Origin: Narcine bancroftii | Taxonomy: Eukaryota | DNA: 64,000 nucleotides | Direction: 5' to 3' | Assembly (NCBI RefSeq): GCF_036971445.1 | Contig: NC_091473.1 | Span: forward strand, 236,344,001 to 236,408,000 | Shown here: positions 13,310-26,185 of the stretch, piece after piece | Position numbering within the stretch: position 1 is the first letter of the stretch | Layout: each line of letters starts with the position of its first letter | Position numbers and translations under genes: made by a program | Notes under the pieces: model-generated | Told to the model about the DNA's origin: nothing | Seen by the model: the letters and a program-made list of their open reading frames with translations, nothing else | The model's database searches: none

Positions 13310-13830
13310 GTAATGCGTTATGGAGTTAATTTCACTCGGATGTAGGAGTTTGTGGAGGTTTGGTATGACATTGGAAAATTTATACATATGTGTGGTAGAA
13401 ATTGTGCTGACTGGTTATCTGGTATGAGGACACCAAGACCCCTGCAAAAGGTAATGGAAACAGCCCAGGACATCACAGGAAAAACCTTCCCCACCATCAA
13501 GACCATCTACAGAAAACGCTACTGTTGGAGAGCAGCCCCATCATCGAGGATTCACACCTCCCAGCATAGGCTCCATTCTCACTGCTACCATTAGGAAAAA
13601 AAGTACAGATGCCACAAGACATGTACCGCCAGGTTCAGGAACAGCTGCTCCCCCTCCACCATCAGATTCCTCAACAATAAATTCAATCAGGGACTTATCT
13701 AAGGACTCTTACTTTTGAACTTTTTTTAAACCTCTCTGTATTGCACAGTTTGTTTTCATTTTTAAATTTGTTTACATGTGTACATTGAGTACAGATATGT
13801 TTGCATTACCAATAAATAGTAATTCTGAAA
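13310..13830 (+). mobile_element. Rex1/Babar-type LINE 3' fragment in RH2 intron 1
   Basis: LQKVMETAQDITGKTFPTI-like translation, then an AT-rich tail with AATAAA; related copy at about 14990-15430(-) in intron 2. Confidence 0.6.
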
Positions 13831-13918
13831 TGTGAAAATCTGAGATAAGTCACTCACCTATTCAAAAAATTATTCCACACTCTCTGGTATTTATTTTGTT
13901 TTCCTTTTCTTTTTACAG

Positions 13919-14087
13919 GCCAAGTTGCTCTTTGGTCCTTGGTGGTCTTGGCCATAGAAAGGTACATAGTTGTATGCAAACCCATGGGGAATTTCAGGTT
14001 TGGGATGTCCCATGCTCTTACAGGGATTGGATGCACTTGGATCTTGGGTCTTGCTGCAGCTGGCCCACCTCTGGTTGGTTGCTCCAG
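13919..14087 (+). CDS. RH2: RH2 opsin coding exon 2
   Basis: Polypyrimidine tract + TACAG acceptor; (G)[55 protein letters not shown](R); Q122 and the ERY motif; 169 nt; donor GTAAGT. Confidence 0.96.
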
Positions 14088-17000
14088 GTAAGTAAGAAAA
14101 ATCCATTCAGTGAATAACAATTTTTTTCCCAAAAGGTTTGCTTCCTGAAAATAAATCAGGAATTATGATGGAGAAATTCAAGCTGAACACAAGGATAATT
14201 TCAGATTTGCTGTATCATGTAAGAATTTGGAAAAATGTTAAATGAACTGATACTGAATTTAACATGTTTAATCTCATAATGATGCTGACACCTTGCATCA
14301 GTTCAACTGACCTAAAAAATATTTTGCCACTGATTTTTGTTTGTACTCATCATCTGATGTCTCTCATGTGAGTGTCCAACGATAGTCAGCCAACATTGAT
14401 AGATTCCAGTTAGCCTGAAACCACTTTTCCATGCTTGCAATGTCCTGGCGAAACCTTTCACCATGTTTGACACTGACTGCACCAAGATCAGCAGGGAGGG
14501 AATCCAAGTGCTAATGCAGAAAATGTCATTTCAATGACATGCTGCACATCAAGATTTTGTATCCTTGAAGTGGATTTGGAATATGACAGGACTTATGATC
14601 ATTATTGTAACATTTTTTTCTGATCTTGTAGCACACTTCATAATTGCATTGTTCAATTTTTTTTATTGTAAAATATTAATACAAATATTTTTAAAAAGAA
14701 GAAATATGATAGGAAATCAGAAAAATAGGTTATAGCTTTTTTAAAAAGTGGTATGTGACAGGAAAACTTTAATGAGATTTTCTTGATCAGAATCCCCAAA
14801 TCCATAAAATACACCCAGAGGTCTTTAGGAAGCAGAATCTTTATTGTCTAATTCAATTATTACAATTTCACATATTCTAAAAGAATAAAGATCCCTTTGT
14901 CCTCATCTCAGAGTCCGAGTATATATTGATGTTGCTTCTGTTTGCTTGGCACTGCCTGGTTGGTTATTGCAAAGGAAAGTTGAATGTTTTGAAAGTTTAA
15001 GTTTAATTTGTCACAAAATACCTCATACTATATAAAGGGGTTCTTTTGCTAACAGACTGACATTATAGAATGTGAAAAGAGCACAATTTGCAGAGTATGG
15101 AATTACAGAGTATTGGCACCAAGCCAGGGCAGCATAATAGCATTGTTCTAGAGTGGCTTCAGGAGCCTGACAGCTGCAGGCAAGAAACTTGGTTGGTGCC
15201 TGCTTTCACAATCTGAAGGCTTCTCCCCGAAGGGAGGACAGAGAAGGGAGAGTGTCCGGAATGTGATGGGTCTTTCAGTATGTTGGCTGCCTTTGCTAAG
15301 CAGCAGGGAATGTAGATGGAGTGAACGGAGAGGAGAGAAGTTTGCATTATGTTCTGAGCTGCATTTTCTACCTTCTGCAGCTTTTGCCATTTTATGCAAA
15401 CCCACCTCAGGCTATGGTACATCCAGTAAGTCTGCATTAAATGATGATAAAAGGGAAGTTTATTGTCTTGTCTTAGAGATCATTGTGTATGCTTTGTAAA
15501 CTAGGTTAGAAATAGTATTCAAAGGAAAATCAAAATCAAGAGATGTAAAATAAGTTTGAGAAGAGCCTCGCCCTGTATCATTAAAAGTTGAGAATCTGAT
15601 TCAGGCATTGAGAGTGTACAATTGCTGGGAAGTTTAAATGATTGAGCACTGGAGAAAAAGACTCTCTTAAAATGTACATTAAATTAAGGAACTATGTCCT
15701 AATGGACTAGATATGCCGTTCAACTTATTGATGAGTTTTATTAATGCTCATGAAATATGTTCTTTGCTTTATTCATTCAAAGGTTGTGAGCTTGGTTACC
15801 AAAACTAACATTTAATTTTCACCCCTAAATGCCCTTGAGTAGGTGAGAGAACTCCCAGAGGATGGAGCTCAATGATTTAGACTCTGTGATGTTGAAAAAG
15901 TTATCATGATACAGTTCCATCAAGTGTTGGTCTTGGAGGAGAACTTAGAGGGGAGGGTATCAAGGTTATGGATTCAAGTGATTCTGCAAAGGAATTATTG
16001 CAATGCAAATAAACATAGTAACCGCAATCTTGGTGGTAAATGGAGTGAACATTTCAGGCAAAAGTCAGTGTGATCATTAAGCTGGCTATTTCATCCAGGA
16101 TGGTAGTGAACTTCCTGAGTGTTACTGATTTTATAGACAATTATTGTCCAGATTCCCAATTTGTGTCGTCGAAAGAGTGAAAAGTTTTACTTAGTCAGGA
16201 GGCGAGTCACTAGCCACAAATATTCAGCCTCTAACATGCCCTCTTATAGCAACATTGTTTATGAGTTTGGTCTCATTAAGTTGCGGTCAGAGGTGACCAC
16301 CACAATATTTGTATTGGAGAGGGATGAAAAACAGAGGGAGATGGTTTCAGCTCATTGCATCAGCACCAATCAACAAGCACCCATTTTTAAACTAATCTCC
16401 TCTAAACTAATTTATATTTCTTATAGTCCCATCAATTCCCCACTAAATTCTGCCACTCAACTGGACTCTTGGGGAAAGTACAGAGGGAAAGTTGACACAC
16501 TTGTGTAAACGATACCTGTTCAAATGATTCACCAATAATCAAAATCATTTTTCTTTTTACTGTACAGCACCTCCAGTCGCTGGGAAGTTCCCTCCATAAT
16601 TCTCCCTTACTTCAGCTTTACTCAACTGTATCAAAGACACTTCACCTTGAATTCAGCTCTTTGAAGAAAGCCTGGATGTGATGTTTTTTAGCCAACAGCC
16701 CCTGATGAATACAGGCACCCAGACAGATATTGGGAATAGCTAGGAATAAAGTCAAATATTCAAATGATTCGCCACTAGCTTTGTGAAAATGGCACCTCTC
16801 TTATTGTTCATTGAATTATATTGAATGGAATTAAGTTGCTTTATTTTTGTGGCAGAGCTGAATTAATCTCACCTCAGAAATGTAATTCTATCAAAATATC
16901 CTCTGATTATTTCTTTTACCTTTTCTGTTTTCAGAATCTGGACATCATTGTCCGATTCAGAATTTATGGCCCTACATAATTGTTTTTAAGAGTTGTTGAC

Positions 17001-17339
17001 AGTCAACGGCCTTCTTGGAAAAAAGTGCAGCCCTTCTGGAGGCCTTCAACAATTCAAGAAGGCAGTTAGCTATCAATGACTTTTTAAAAACGTGTGATCA
17101 CGGTTCCATGCAACTGTTCCTTTGTCCATCTTGGCAGTGGAGACCACAAGTTTGGGAGATGTATTTGAATGACGTAGGCAAGTAGGAAATTTTGTACATA
17201 GTATGTCTACTGCCATTATGCATTGGTAGTGTAGGGAATTAATATTAAGGTTGGTGGATTATATACCAATTAAGTGGGCTGCTATGCACTGAATTGTGTT
17301 GAACTTTGAATTGAATTACTATTAAGTGGGTATAGTATA

Positions 17340-18270
17340 GAAATAAGAGCATAAGAACAGAAGTAGGCAATCTGGCCCATCAAGCTTGTTCTGCCATTCA
17401 ATAAGATCATAGCTGATTTGGCCATGGACTCAGCTCTAATTACCCATCTATCCCCCTAACTATTTCCCTATTCTTCAAAAAACAATGGCTTGAATACATG
17501 GGAGAAGCAATTCCTCCTTATCTTTGTCTTAAATATACTCCCCCTAATATTGAGGCAATTTTGCCTAGTTCTAATCTCATCTGCCAGTAGAAACAATCTG
17601 TCTACTTCTATCTTGTCTCTTCTTTTCATAATTTTGTATGTCACTGTAACATTCCAAACTCCAGTAAGTATCACCCGGGATACTCAATCTCTCTTCATAA
17701 GTCAACACACCAACATTTCCCATTGAACCTCCAACACACGGTCTCCAAAGCCAGTATATCTTTTCTCAAGTAAGGAGACACGATATTCCAGATGTGGCCT
17801 CAACAGTATCCTGCACCTTGCAGCAGAACCTCCTTGCTCTTAAATTCAATCCCTCTTGTAATGAAGGCCAACATCCCATTTGCCCTCTTGATCACCTACT
17901 GCACCTGCAAACTGTTTGCAATTCATGCACATACACTCCCAGGTTTCTCTGTGCAACAGCATGCTGCAATTTTTCAACTTTTAAATAATACTTAGTGTAA
18001 TGCATGTCGAAAGATCCAAATCAAGGCTTTTATTAACTAAAAGACTGGAGCATATCACAAGTAGGTCGACCAGTCCAGAATGACCTGGTCTGGCTAGGAG
18101 CAATCCTTTAAGACCTGCCAGTAGGTGTGGCTCCACTCTCAGCCAATCACAGTCATCCTACACTACCATCTGCACATATGTACATATACACCTTGGTGAT
18201 AGAATCTGTACTATCACAGTTAGATCTACGTTTTTTTTCCCAAAGTTGATGTCTTCACATTTACTGATTT
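17340..18270 (-). mobile_element. CR1 fragment in RH2 intron 2, interrupted by a solo LTR
   Basis: Collinear with 58215-58990; ORF-track entry VMKANIPFALLITYCTCK is the antisense of the RT C-terminus. Confidence 0.8.
17996..18218 (-). mobile_element. Solo LTR (223 bp)
   Basis: TGTAAT...ATCACA termini, flanks CTTAG/GTTAG (5-bp TSD with one mismatch), antisense polyA signal TTTATT; it interrupts CR1 collinearity. Confidence 0.6.
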
Positions 18271-18456
18271 AAAAAAAAAATAGACACTGTAACAGGGGAC
18301 CAAAGCACTTGGAGGGAACCCACAGGGACATGGAGAGAATGTACAAACTCCTCATAGACAGCGCTGGATTCAAACCTGGGTGGCTGGCGCAGTAAGAGTG
18401 TTGTCTAACCATAGCTAACTATTCTGAACAACCTTTGTTAATTGTTTCTATTTTAG

Positions 18457-18622
18457 GTACTTACCAGAAGGATATCAGTGTTCATGTGGTCCAGATTACT
18501 ACACCATGAATCCACATTACAACAATGAATCCTACGTCATATATCTGTTTGTCCTTTATTTTTTTATTCCGGTTATCCTTATTTTATTTTCTTATGGAAA
18601 TTTGATATGCAAAGTGAAGGAG
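18457..18622 (+). CDS. RH2: RH2 opsin coding exon 3
   Basis: TTTTAG acceptor; [55 protein letters not shown]; P189 is cone-type (RH2 rather than RH1); 166 nt; donor GTAAG. Confidence 0.96.
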
Positions 18623-18735
18623 GTAAGCACCACATTTCTCCATGCATTTATTCAACTTACATTTATAACATCATTGTGTTGAAAGAACATTATTGGAAGA
18701 ATAATGCAAAACTGTGGAACATTGCTCTGTTTAAG

Positions 18736-18975
18736 GCTGCAGCACAACAGCAGGAGTCTGCCACTACACAGAAGGCTGAAAAGGAAGTCACCCGCATGGT
18801 AATCTTAATGGTCTTTGGCTTTCTCACTGCTTGGGTACCCTATGCCTCAGTAGCATTTTGGATCTTCATGAATCCAGGAGTCAATTTTTCTGCTGGAATA
18901 ATGACCCTTCCAGCATTCTTCTCCAAAAGTTCTGCAGTATATAATCCAATCATCTATGTATTAATGAACAAGCAG
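18736..18975 (+). CDS. RH2: RH2 opsin coding exon 4
   Basis: [44 protein letters not shown]...[22 protein letters not shown]; Schiff-base K296 (18925-18927) and NPxxY; 240 nt; preceded by a 113-nt intron. Confidence 0.96.
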
Positions 18976-20982
18976 GTACAACCCTTAATTGTTTACATGT
19001 AAGAGTGAAGTGCCAAAACAATTTAATGGAAATATACTCATAAGTACAATGTCTTATTTCATGATTTAATTTTGTTTTACTATTAGTTTAAAATAAATTT
19101 AAGAATTTGGACAGGTACATGGATGGGAGAGGTATGGAATACTATGAACTAGAAACAGGTCAGTGGGACTAGGCAAAAAAAAACATGGTTTACCACAGTC
19201 TAAAAGGGCCAAAGGAGGCTCTTTCTGTGCTCTAATGCTCTATGGTTCTATTTTGCTTTATGTTCTGATCCACTAAACATTTGGAATAATTTAGGCAAAT
19301 AGGTTTATTTAAGGCTGTGTCCATCTTAAAATAAAAAATATGCAAATGTTGGACTATGGAAATATAAGCAAAGGAAGGAACGAACAAGAAGTGACTTTTG
19401 TGTAGTATTGCACTTTACAACATGACAATGAATTGAATTTTGATCTTGGCATGTTTGGCAGAATGTTCTTATTTAACAGTGACCCAGTTTCAAATCGGTC
19501 ACCATGTAAGGAATTTGAGTGTTTTTTTTTCCTACCCTTGTTAAATCGAGCTCCTGTCAGGCGACAAAAAAGGTACAGTAACAAACAACAACAAACTCCA
19601 AAACACAGTCTTTATTGAGTTACGCCAGCGGGAATGAAGAATACCAGTGGTGGGTAGACAGAGTCACCTCACAAATTCTGTTTGAACCTCAGTTAAAGAA
19701 CACAGTCACAGGGTTTAAGGCATTTTCCTGCAAACAAATTGATAACATTTCTTTGAAGGTATTGCTACATCTTACGTTTTACATGGAAAAGATTTGTTGT
19801 TGGTCATTTAATGTGATGTACTCATTTATAATTAAGAACATCCTTCTTGTCTACATAAAATCAACAGATGTCTGGAAGGGTTGCTCACAGTACACATTAG
19901 TAATCATTCTCTGCCTGCCTGATTTCTGGTTTCCTATTTACACACGTAAGTGTCTAGTTTCATAGTAATCTTAAATTCTTGAAGATCCTGCACAGCCGTT
20001 GTTTCACATCCAAAATACAGAGGACATAAGAGAAGGTTGGATGTGAGGGGGTTGGAGGTTTATTGGCGGTGAGCGGGAGGTTTGAGCTAGTGGAGTTGTT
20101 CTAGTGAACCGGTGCGGACTTGAAAGGCTGACATGGCCTGTTTCCGCTCCGTAAATGGTTATATGGTTATATATGGTTATATGTCCCAGAAATAACAAGG
20201 ACACAGGTCATTTAGATTTAGTATCGAGTATAAGCCACACTCAGTCCAACAATGCACAAGCATATAATGAAGTTCAACAATAATATTATAAATTTAATAA
20301 ATAAAATGAAAGATTTTCATTGTTGGTAGTTATTGGTATTATGCTTGAATAAGAACTGTGTGACAAATAAGTTGAAAAGATAAGTAACGATATGAAAGTA
20401 GAATTTAAAGTAAAATTTAGTATAGGTCTTGACAACTGAAAAATGTTCGAAGGACAGCATGTGACAAAGTAATAAGAACTATAAAACAGTGCGATCACAA
20501 GAAGCTTGTGAAAAATAAGTTCAGTTGTATTTTATCAAATTATTATCAAGAAGAGAATATTCAGGAGAAAATTGGCTTTTTGATGATCGATAAATGAAAG
20601 TAAAAGAAATGTCTTGCAATTACTTTGAGTGATGTTTATAGTAAAGAGTCTAGGATCTGAGCATTGCAAGAAAATTAGGGGTACGGAACCTAATACACTA
20701 TCAATAATACCTAAAGACTGGAGTTGCAGGACGACAGGCTTTTAAAACCATAAGATTCGGATAATGTTCCTGTTCTGGCCCAATCCCAGGATATACTGAG
20801 GGAGGGACTTGGCTTACTGCCTTTATTAGGGGGATTCCAGGAGGTGGAATCGCTGAGGGAAGGCAGGCCAGCCATATATATGAACCAAACACATAGACAG
20901 TGGCAGTAACCAAGTAACAGTATACAGTGGTGTATCACTACAGAACTCATCCTAAGCAAAGCATGGTTTAGGGATGATAGAA

Positions 20983-21211
20983 CAGTAACATCCTTGGTAT
21001 CCAGCTCCTATGGGAATTGGCAGATACCAGATAAGTGAGTTTTCTGGTTGCTTGAGATTGTGTATTGCTCAGATTGGCAAACTAATCGCTAGGGGGAGGG
21101 GGCTCCAATTTTAAATGTTTGCATTTTTCACCAATTTATTTTCCACAATTGTTTTTGCCGGTTGCTTGAGGCAGCCAGTTGCACAAATTCCGGCTATCAG
21201 GGATTTTACTG
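20983..21211. mobile_element. Tc1/mariner (Tigger-like) MITE
   Basis: CAGTAACATCCT...AGGGATTTTACTG termini; related copies at 23189-24097 (interrupted) and about 56540-56618. Confidence 0.65.
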
Positions 21212-22074
21212 TCATAATGATAAACTAATGGTTCCATCGATTAACAATGGAAAAGATGTCATCAAGTTGGAAGGGTGCAAAAGAAATTCATTAGGATGTG
21301 ACTATAACTTCAAGGTTTGAGTTATAGGGAGAGGCTGGATAGGCTGTGTCTTTATTCCTTGGAGCATAAACATAGCAAACGTAGGGGTGGATCTTATGGA
21401 GGCACATAAAATCATGAAGGATATGGGTGAAGTGAATGCTCGGCCTTTTTTTCTCCTGGGTAGGTGATTGCAGAACATTTTTCAAACAGAAAGTAGTTTG
21501 TATCTGGAATGGGCTGTCAGAGGAAACTAGAACCAGGTATGATTTTGCAATTCAAAAGGCAATTTAACAGAAATATGGATAGGAATGGTTTCGAAGAATA
21601 TGGACCAAACACAGGCAAATGGATTGCCCAGAATGCCAAGTTAGGCCAAAGGGTCTGTTCCCTATTGCATGGCTCTGTGATTCTGTGTTCTACAACTGAT
21701 AATAGATTTTTGGATTTTTGCTTTGGGACCAATCAGCAACTAGATACAAGCAGCATTAGTTCACCAATTGAAATGTTTCATTATAGTCACCTTCTGTGAT
21801 TTACATACAAGTGTGGAAATCTCAAACGTACAGCATTTCTTCAATACTAATCCAGCTGGCCTTTTTGATGAGTTTAGAGTAAGAGAGCAAAGTTGCACAG
21901 ATTCTCCACAGTTTGTAAAACTCCTTGGGAAGTTTTTTTTTACATGGGGAAGGATAGCTGCATGAATTAAAGATAAATTATAAGTTCTTTCAATAGTTTT
22001 TAAGTCATTATACATTGTTCAAATATTTTTAAATGTTTTATGTGTTTTAGAAATATTTTTGCTTGTGTTTTTAG

Positions 22075-22203
22075 TTCCGAAGTTGTATGATCACTACCCT
22101 ATGCTGTGGAAAAAATCCACTGGGAGATGATGAGTCTTCAATAGCATCTCAAACCAAGACAGAGGTTTCTTCAGTGTCATCAACTCAAGTTTCCCCATCA
22201 TAG
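22075..22203 (+). CDS. RH2: RH2 opsin coding exon 5 (terminal)
   Basis: TTTAG acceptor; [42 protein letters not shown]-stop; palmitoylation CC pair, Ser/Thr-rich tail and VxPx ciliary targeting motif. Confidence 0.95.
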   Translation, partial: FRSCMITTLCCGKNPLGDDESSIASQTKTEVSSVSSTQVSPS

Positions 22204-23188
22204 ACAGAATTAAGAGTATTATTTTTCAAACAACTGCCAGCACTTATTACTCAAACACAAATTGGCATCAGCCTGACAGTTTGCACATTCCATTAATCTA
22301 CAATATGTTAACCATGAGTGTAAAGAGTAATTATGAGAATGGTAGCATCACCCTTCTACAATTGGATTAATAACACAATGGTCAAATTTGGATCTATAGC
22401 TGAATTTGAAATTGATTTCAATGTAATGTGGCCTACATTAAGAAAATGACAAGGAAAGCTAACTGTCGATTAAGGTACATTTGGCTCCTTGGGAAAGAGA
22501 ATCTACATTTTCTGGAAAAGAGAACCTGCAATCTCTACCCAGTGTGGCTTTGCTGAGTACCCATTTAAAACTAAATCTACCAATAATTTCAGACTACACA
22601 GTATTAACTACTCCCAAGAATAACAATACAAAGTTACTCTGGGTAAATGTAGGGACTTTTACTTCACATATTACATGAAAAGTATCAATGATCAAATTCG
22701 GATAAGACAATCACAAAAATTTAATATCGCAATTCATTTTATATAAATTAAATTCAGTCTGATTACTTTATTTTTACAATGAAGGAGAACAATATTCCAT
22801 TTTCCAATATTATAGAAACACAATGTATGCTGGAAAACAGATGAACAATATACATATAATATATTGTTGGGAAAGAACCTGAACAATAGAACAAGCTTTG
22901 TGCCAGCAAAGTGTGCATTACATGGATAGTTTTCCTTAACTGTACAAACACCTTCTATTTGCTAGATGGCGATAGAGTATTGCTAATTTATTAAAGGTTG
23001 TCTTCACATTTGTGTTTATGAACATTTATGCATGAAATGTACCTTACTATCGCTGTATATTTTTATACTGTATATAAAACATAATGAAAAATGTTTGTAA
23101 AGTCAACTGTTTTAGAAGTAAATGCAAACATTCAAGTATTCTTTCATAATTTCTGTAATACTTGAAGCATGTCACTTAAAAAAAAATA

Positions 23189-24097
23189 CAGCAAAACCCC
23201 TTGTGTTTGGGAAGTATCAGGCTCGGTGGGTTCACAGAGAGATGGGCCTGGACACCCGTGTTACAATCAAAGGTAACTTTATTGAACACATGGGAAGCAA
23301 ACTGGGAAGACATCGAACGACGCTCTATAATAGACATTCACATTGGACCTAGGTTGGACTCCAATACCAGTGGGTGCCTACCTGCTATATGGTACGAAAC
23401 AAAAACCATAATGGTGCTAGCAAGCTCATCGGAGATAAGGGACATGGATACAGGTGGCTGCTTACCCTACCACGTGGACGCACTTCACATACAAGGACTT
23501 TCAAAGACAATCCTGCACCAATGGGGGCTGCAGCTCTCTGCAAGCCCTGATCTATTGCAGTGTAGGTCACACCTTACCCGCGACTCCTCCAGCAATATCC
23601 CCAGTAGTGACCTGGCATTGAGTGATGTCCAGGGCTTGGACCAAGAGGCAGAGAAAAATAAAAGATTTTTATACTGTTCTGAGCTCGGCATCTTCTCACT
23701 GATGACGCTGAGTCACTTAAATAAGCCAACGGTATGGTGTGCACTAAAGGGTGGCTGAAATCCGATATTAATTGGCAGGTAATGCAATTTCCAAATAAGT
23801 TTTAGACAGGGAGGTCACGCGGCTCTCTGCAATCTCAAAGTTCCAGACAAGGGAGGCCATGTATTCCTTCATAATCCACATATAAGCCTCCTGTTATCTG
23901 GAATTCAAGCAACTGGCAGCCTTAAGAAACTGGCGAAAAAATTTGAACAAAAATAGCTAAAGCAAACAGAAGATTAAAATTGGCACGCCTCACCATTAGT
24001 TCACCAATCACACAACATGCAATCTCAAGCAACTGGAAAATTCACTTATCCAGCATCTACCAATCCCCATAGTTGCTGGATACTAGGGGTTTTACTG
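23189..24097. mobile_element. Tigger-like MITE with a ~680-bp LTR-like insert (about 23202-23880)
   Basis: TA|CAGCAAAACCCCT ... AGGGGTTTTACTG|TA; the insert begins TG, ends CA and has an antisense TTTATT; no clean TSD for the insert. Confidence 0.55.
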
Positions 24098-25694
24098 TAT
24101 TAATATATTTTAGTGACCACACTGATCCATCCTGGGCCTCATGTTGCCACCTGAGCAAGCCTCAAAACCATATAAAAATTAACAGGAACTTAACAAGGAA
24201 CTTTGGCGCCTTCATATTCAAATGTTGTTTATTATAGATTACAGAAACAATTGAAAAAAAATATTATTGGAAAAAAAATTGCATGAAACTGTCCTTAGAT
24301 AATTACATATAGATTGAAATTAAAGAAAAAACACTAAAATGCTGGAAGATGTATATTGGGTTTGCTTCAACTCATATGAACATGAAAACATATTAGCAGG
24401 CGTAGAATATGTGAACCTGATGTCATTTCCACCATTCATAAAGATTGTGGCTAATCTTCAACCTTCCATCCTATCACAACAAGCTTGCCAGATGCATTCT
24501 GAAAGAGACTTTTGAACACTTACTGTATCGTAGTAGCTTGGAATGGGTTAACTTCAGATTTTTGCCCAGATTTATTGATGCACCATCAATCACTCAGGAG
24601 GCTATTGTGGAGAAACCAATAGGTTTTAATTCACTTGAGAACATAGCATTTCCCTACTGTTTGGTTGCCCTGCATTGAGTTGCAGAGGGCTGTGGAACAG
24701 TCATCTTTCTACAGGAGCCTGTGGGGAGGGACCGGAGGTACAACTGGTCAATAGGTATGCTTGACCAGATAATTACAGTGGTTTTCCACATTTACCACAC
24801 AGACATTTGATAGAGTTATACAATACTGGGACAGCTTTGGACTTTCATGCTTTTACTGTGATTGCCTGAGCTCTCTGATATCTCCACAACTGTAATTAGA
24901 TTTAAGGGATGACTCCCGGAGGATAGGAATTATTTGTTTCAAATTGACTGGTGTTTTCATCAAAAACCAGAACATTGAAGACCAAAAACAAAGTAGTCCT
25001 AAAGGTGCATCAGATACTTAGATAAATCTGGAGGTACCCTGCTGGTCTTTGAAATGGTCATTTGAATTCCAACTTGTATAAATTGGGCAAAAGCAAGATT
25101 TTGGGGACTTGCAAATCTTCAGTAGTTAAAAATATCAAAGAATGAGATTGTTAGATTTTCATAACCCAGGTAAATACATTGATTTGACGATCAGACAGAA
25201 GATTAGTCATTAACTTATTGAATGATGGAGGCTCTCAAAAGGATGTTTGGCCTACTCATTTTGTATCTTTTGTATTTCTGAAATAAATTCTCTATTGTCC
25301 ATCTCTTCTGCCTCAAATGAAGTAAAGAACAGCCTGTGAATTACATAATGGATGGAATACATTTGATGAGAAAGTGAAAACACAATGCTGGAGAAATTCA
25401 GCAGGTTAAACAGTGCACTTTATATATGATAGGGCACTATCAATAACCACAGAGTCAAGGACTGAGTAAACGATAGACTTTAATACACACAAGACTTTGG
25501 CTGGCCTGGATCCAGGTACAGGAATGCTAGAAGGGGGGAGGTCGCTTGACCTTTATAGCCAGGACAAGAAGGGAGGAGACGTAAGGGATGAGTCATTAGT
25601 GGGTGGGCCAGCCTCATATGTACAGTAGCCGGTAGGGTCTATATACAGTGGAGGAAAACATATCAGTACAATAGAGCAAAGTAAAAGATGCATA

Positions 25695-25732
25695 ACCAAC
25701 ATTTCAGGCTTAAGCCCTTCATCAAGGTACAT
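25695..25732 (-). ncRNA. Minimal hammerhead-ribozyme-like motif in a Penelope-like terminal repeat
   Basis: Minus strand reads ACC-TTGATGA-A-GGGC-TTAA-GCCT-GAAA-TGTT-GGT: core boxes, stem II and an ACC/GGT stem I; the cleavage triplet is decayed. Confidence 0.5.
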
Positions 25733-25739
25733 TAGTGTG

Positions 25740-26185
25740 AAATAGTGAAACTTTTGGAACGTAAGGGTTCAATCAGGCAGACGCAGCATGGTTTTAGAAA
25801 GGGAAGATCTTGTTTGACAAACTTGTTAGGATTCTTTGAGGATTTTTTGAGCTGGCCAGGGAAACTAAAACAAGAGGACACCGTCTCAAGATTCGGGGGA
25901 GTAGATTTAGGACAGAGATGAGGAAAAGTAGTTTTTCCCAGAGAGTAGTGAATGTTTGGAATTCTCTAACCAGGGAAGTGGTTGAGGCTGCCTCATTAAA
26001 CATATTTAAAATTTGGTTAGATAAATTTTTACATGATAGAGGAATTAGGGGTTATGGGGAGAAGGCAGGTAGGTGGAGTTAGGTCATAAATTAGATCTGC
26101 CATGATCGTATTGAATGGTGGAGCAGGCTCGATGGGCCATTTTTGGCCTACTCCTGTTCCTACTTCCTATGTTCTATGTTCCTAT
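25740..26185 (+). mobile_element. CR1 copy of the same young subfamily, internally deleted
   Basis: 25850-26180 is nearly the reverse complement of 58215-58545; 25740-25845 matches the RT region near 59420-59520. Confidence 0.85.

Noticed and set aside
12835-22203. Calling the opsin rod rhodopsin (RH1)
   Set aside because: Despite the [10 protein letters not shown] start, Q122, P189, HKKLRxPLN, ILMVxGF, AW(264-265) and FFSKSS are RH2-type. A phylogeny would confirm.
12835-22203. RH2 as a pseudogene
   Set aside because: All five exons have canonical sizes, GT-AG junctions, no stops or frameshifts, and intact E113, K296, ERY and NPxxY. Only missense oddities are present.
23201-23758. 185-aa ORF downstream of RH2
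   Set aside because: No recognisable homology or splice context; it lies within an LTR-like insert nested in a MITE.
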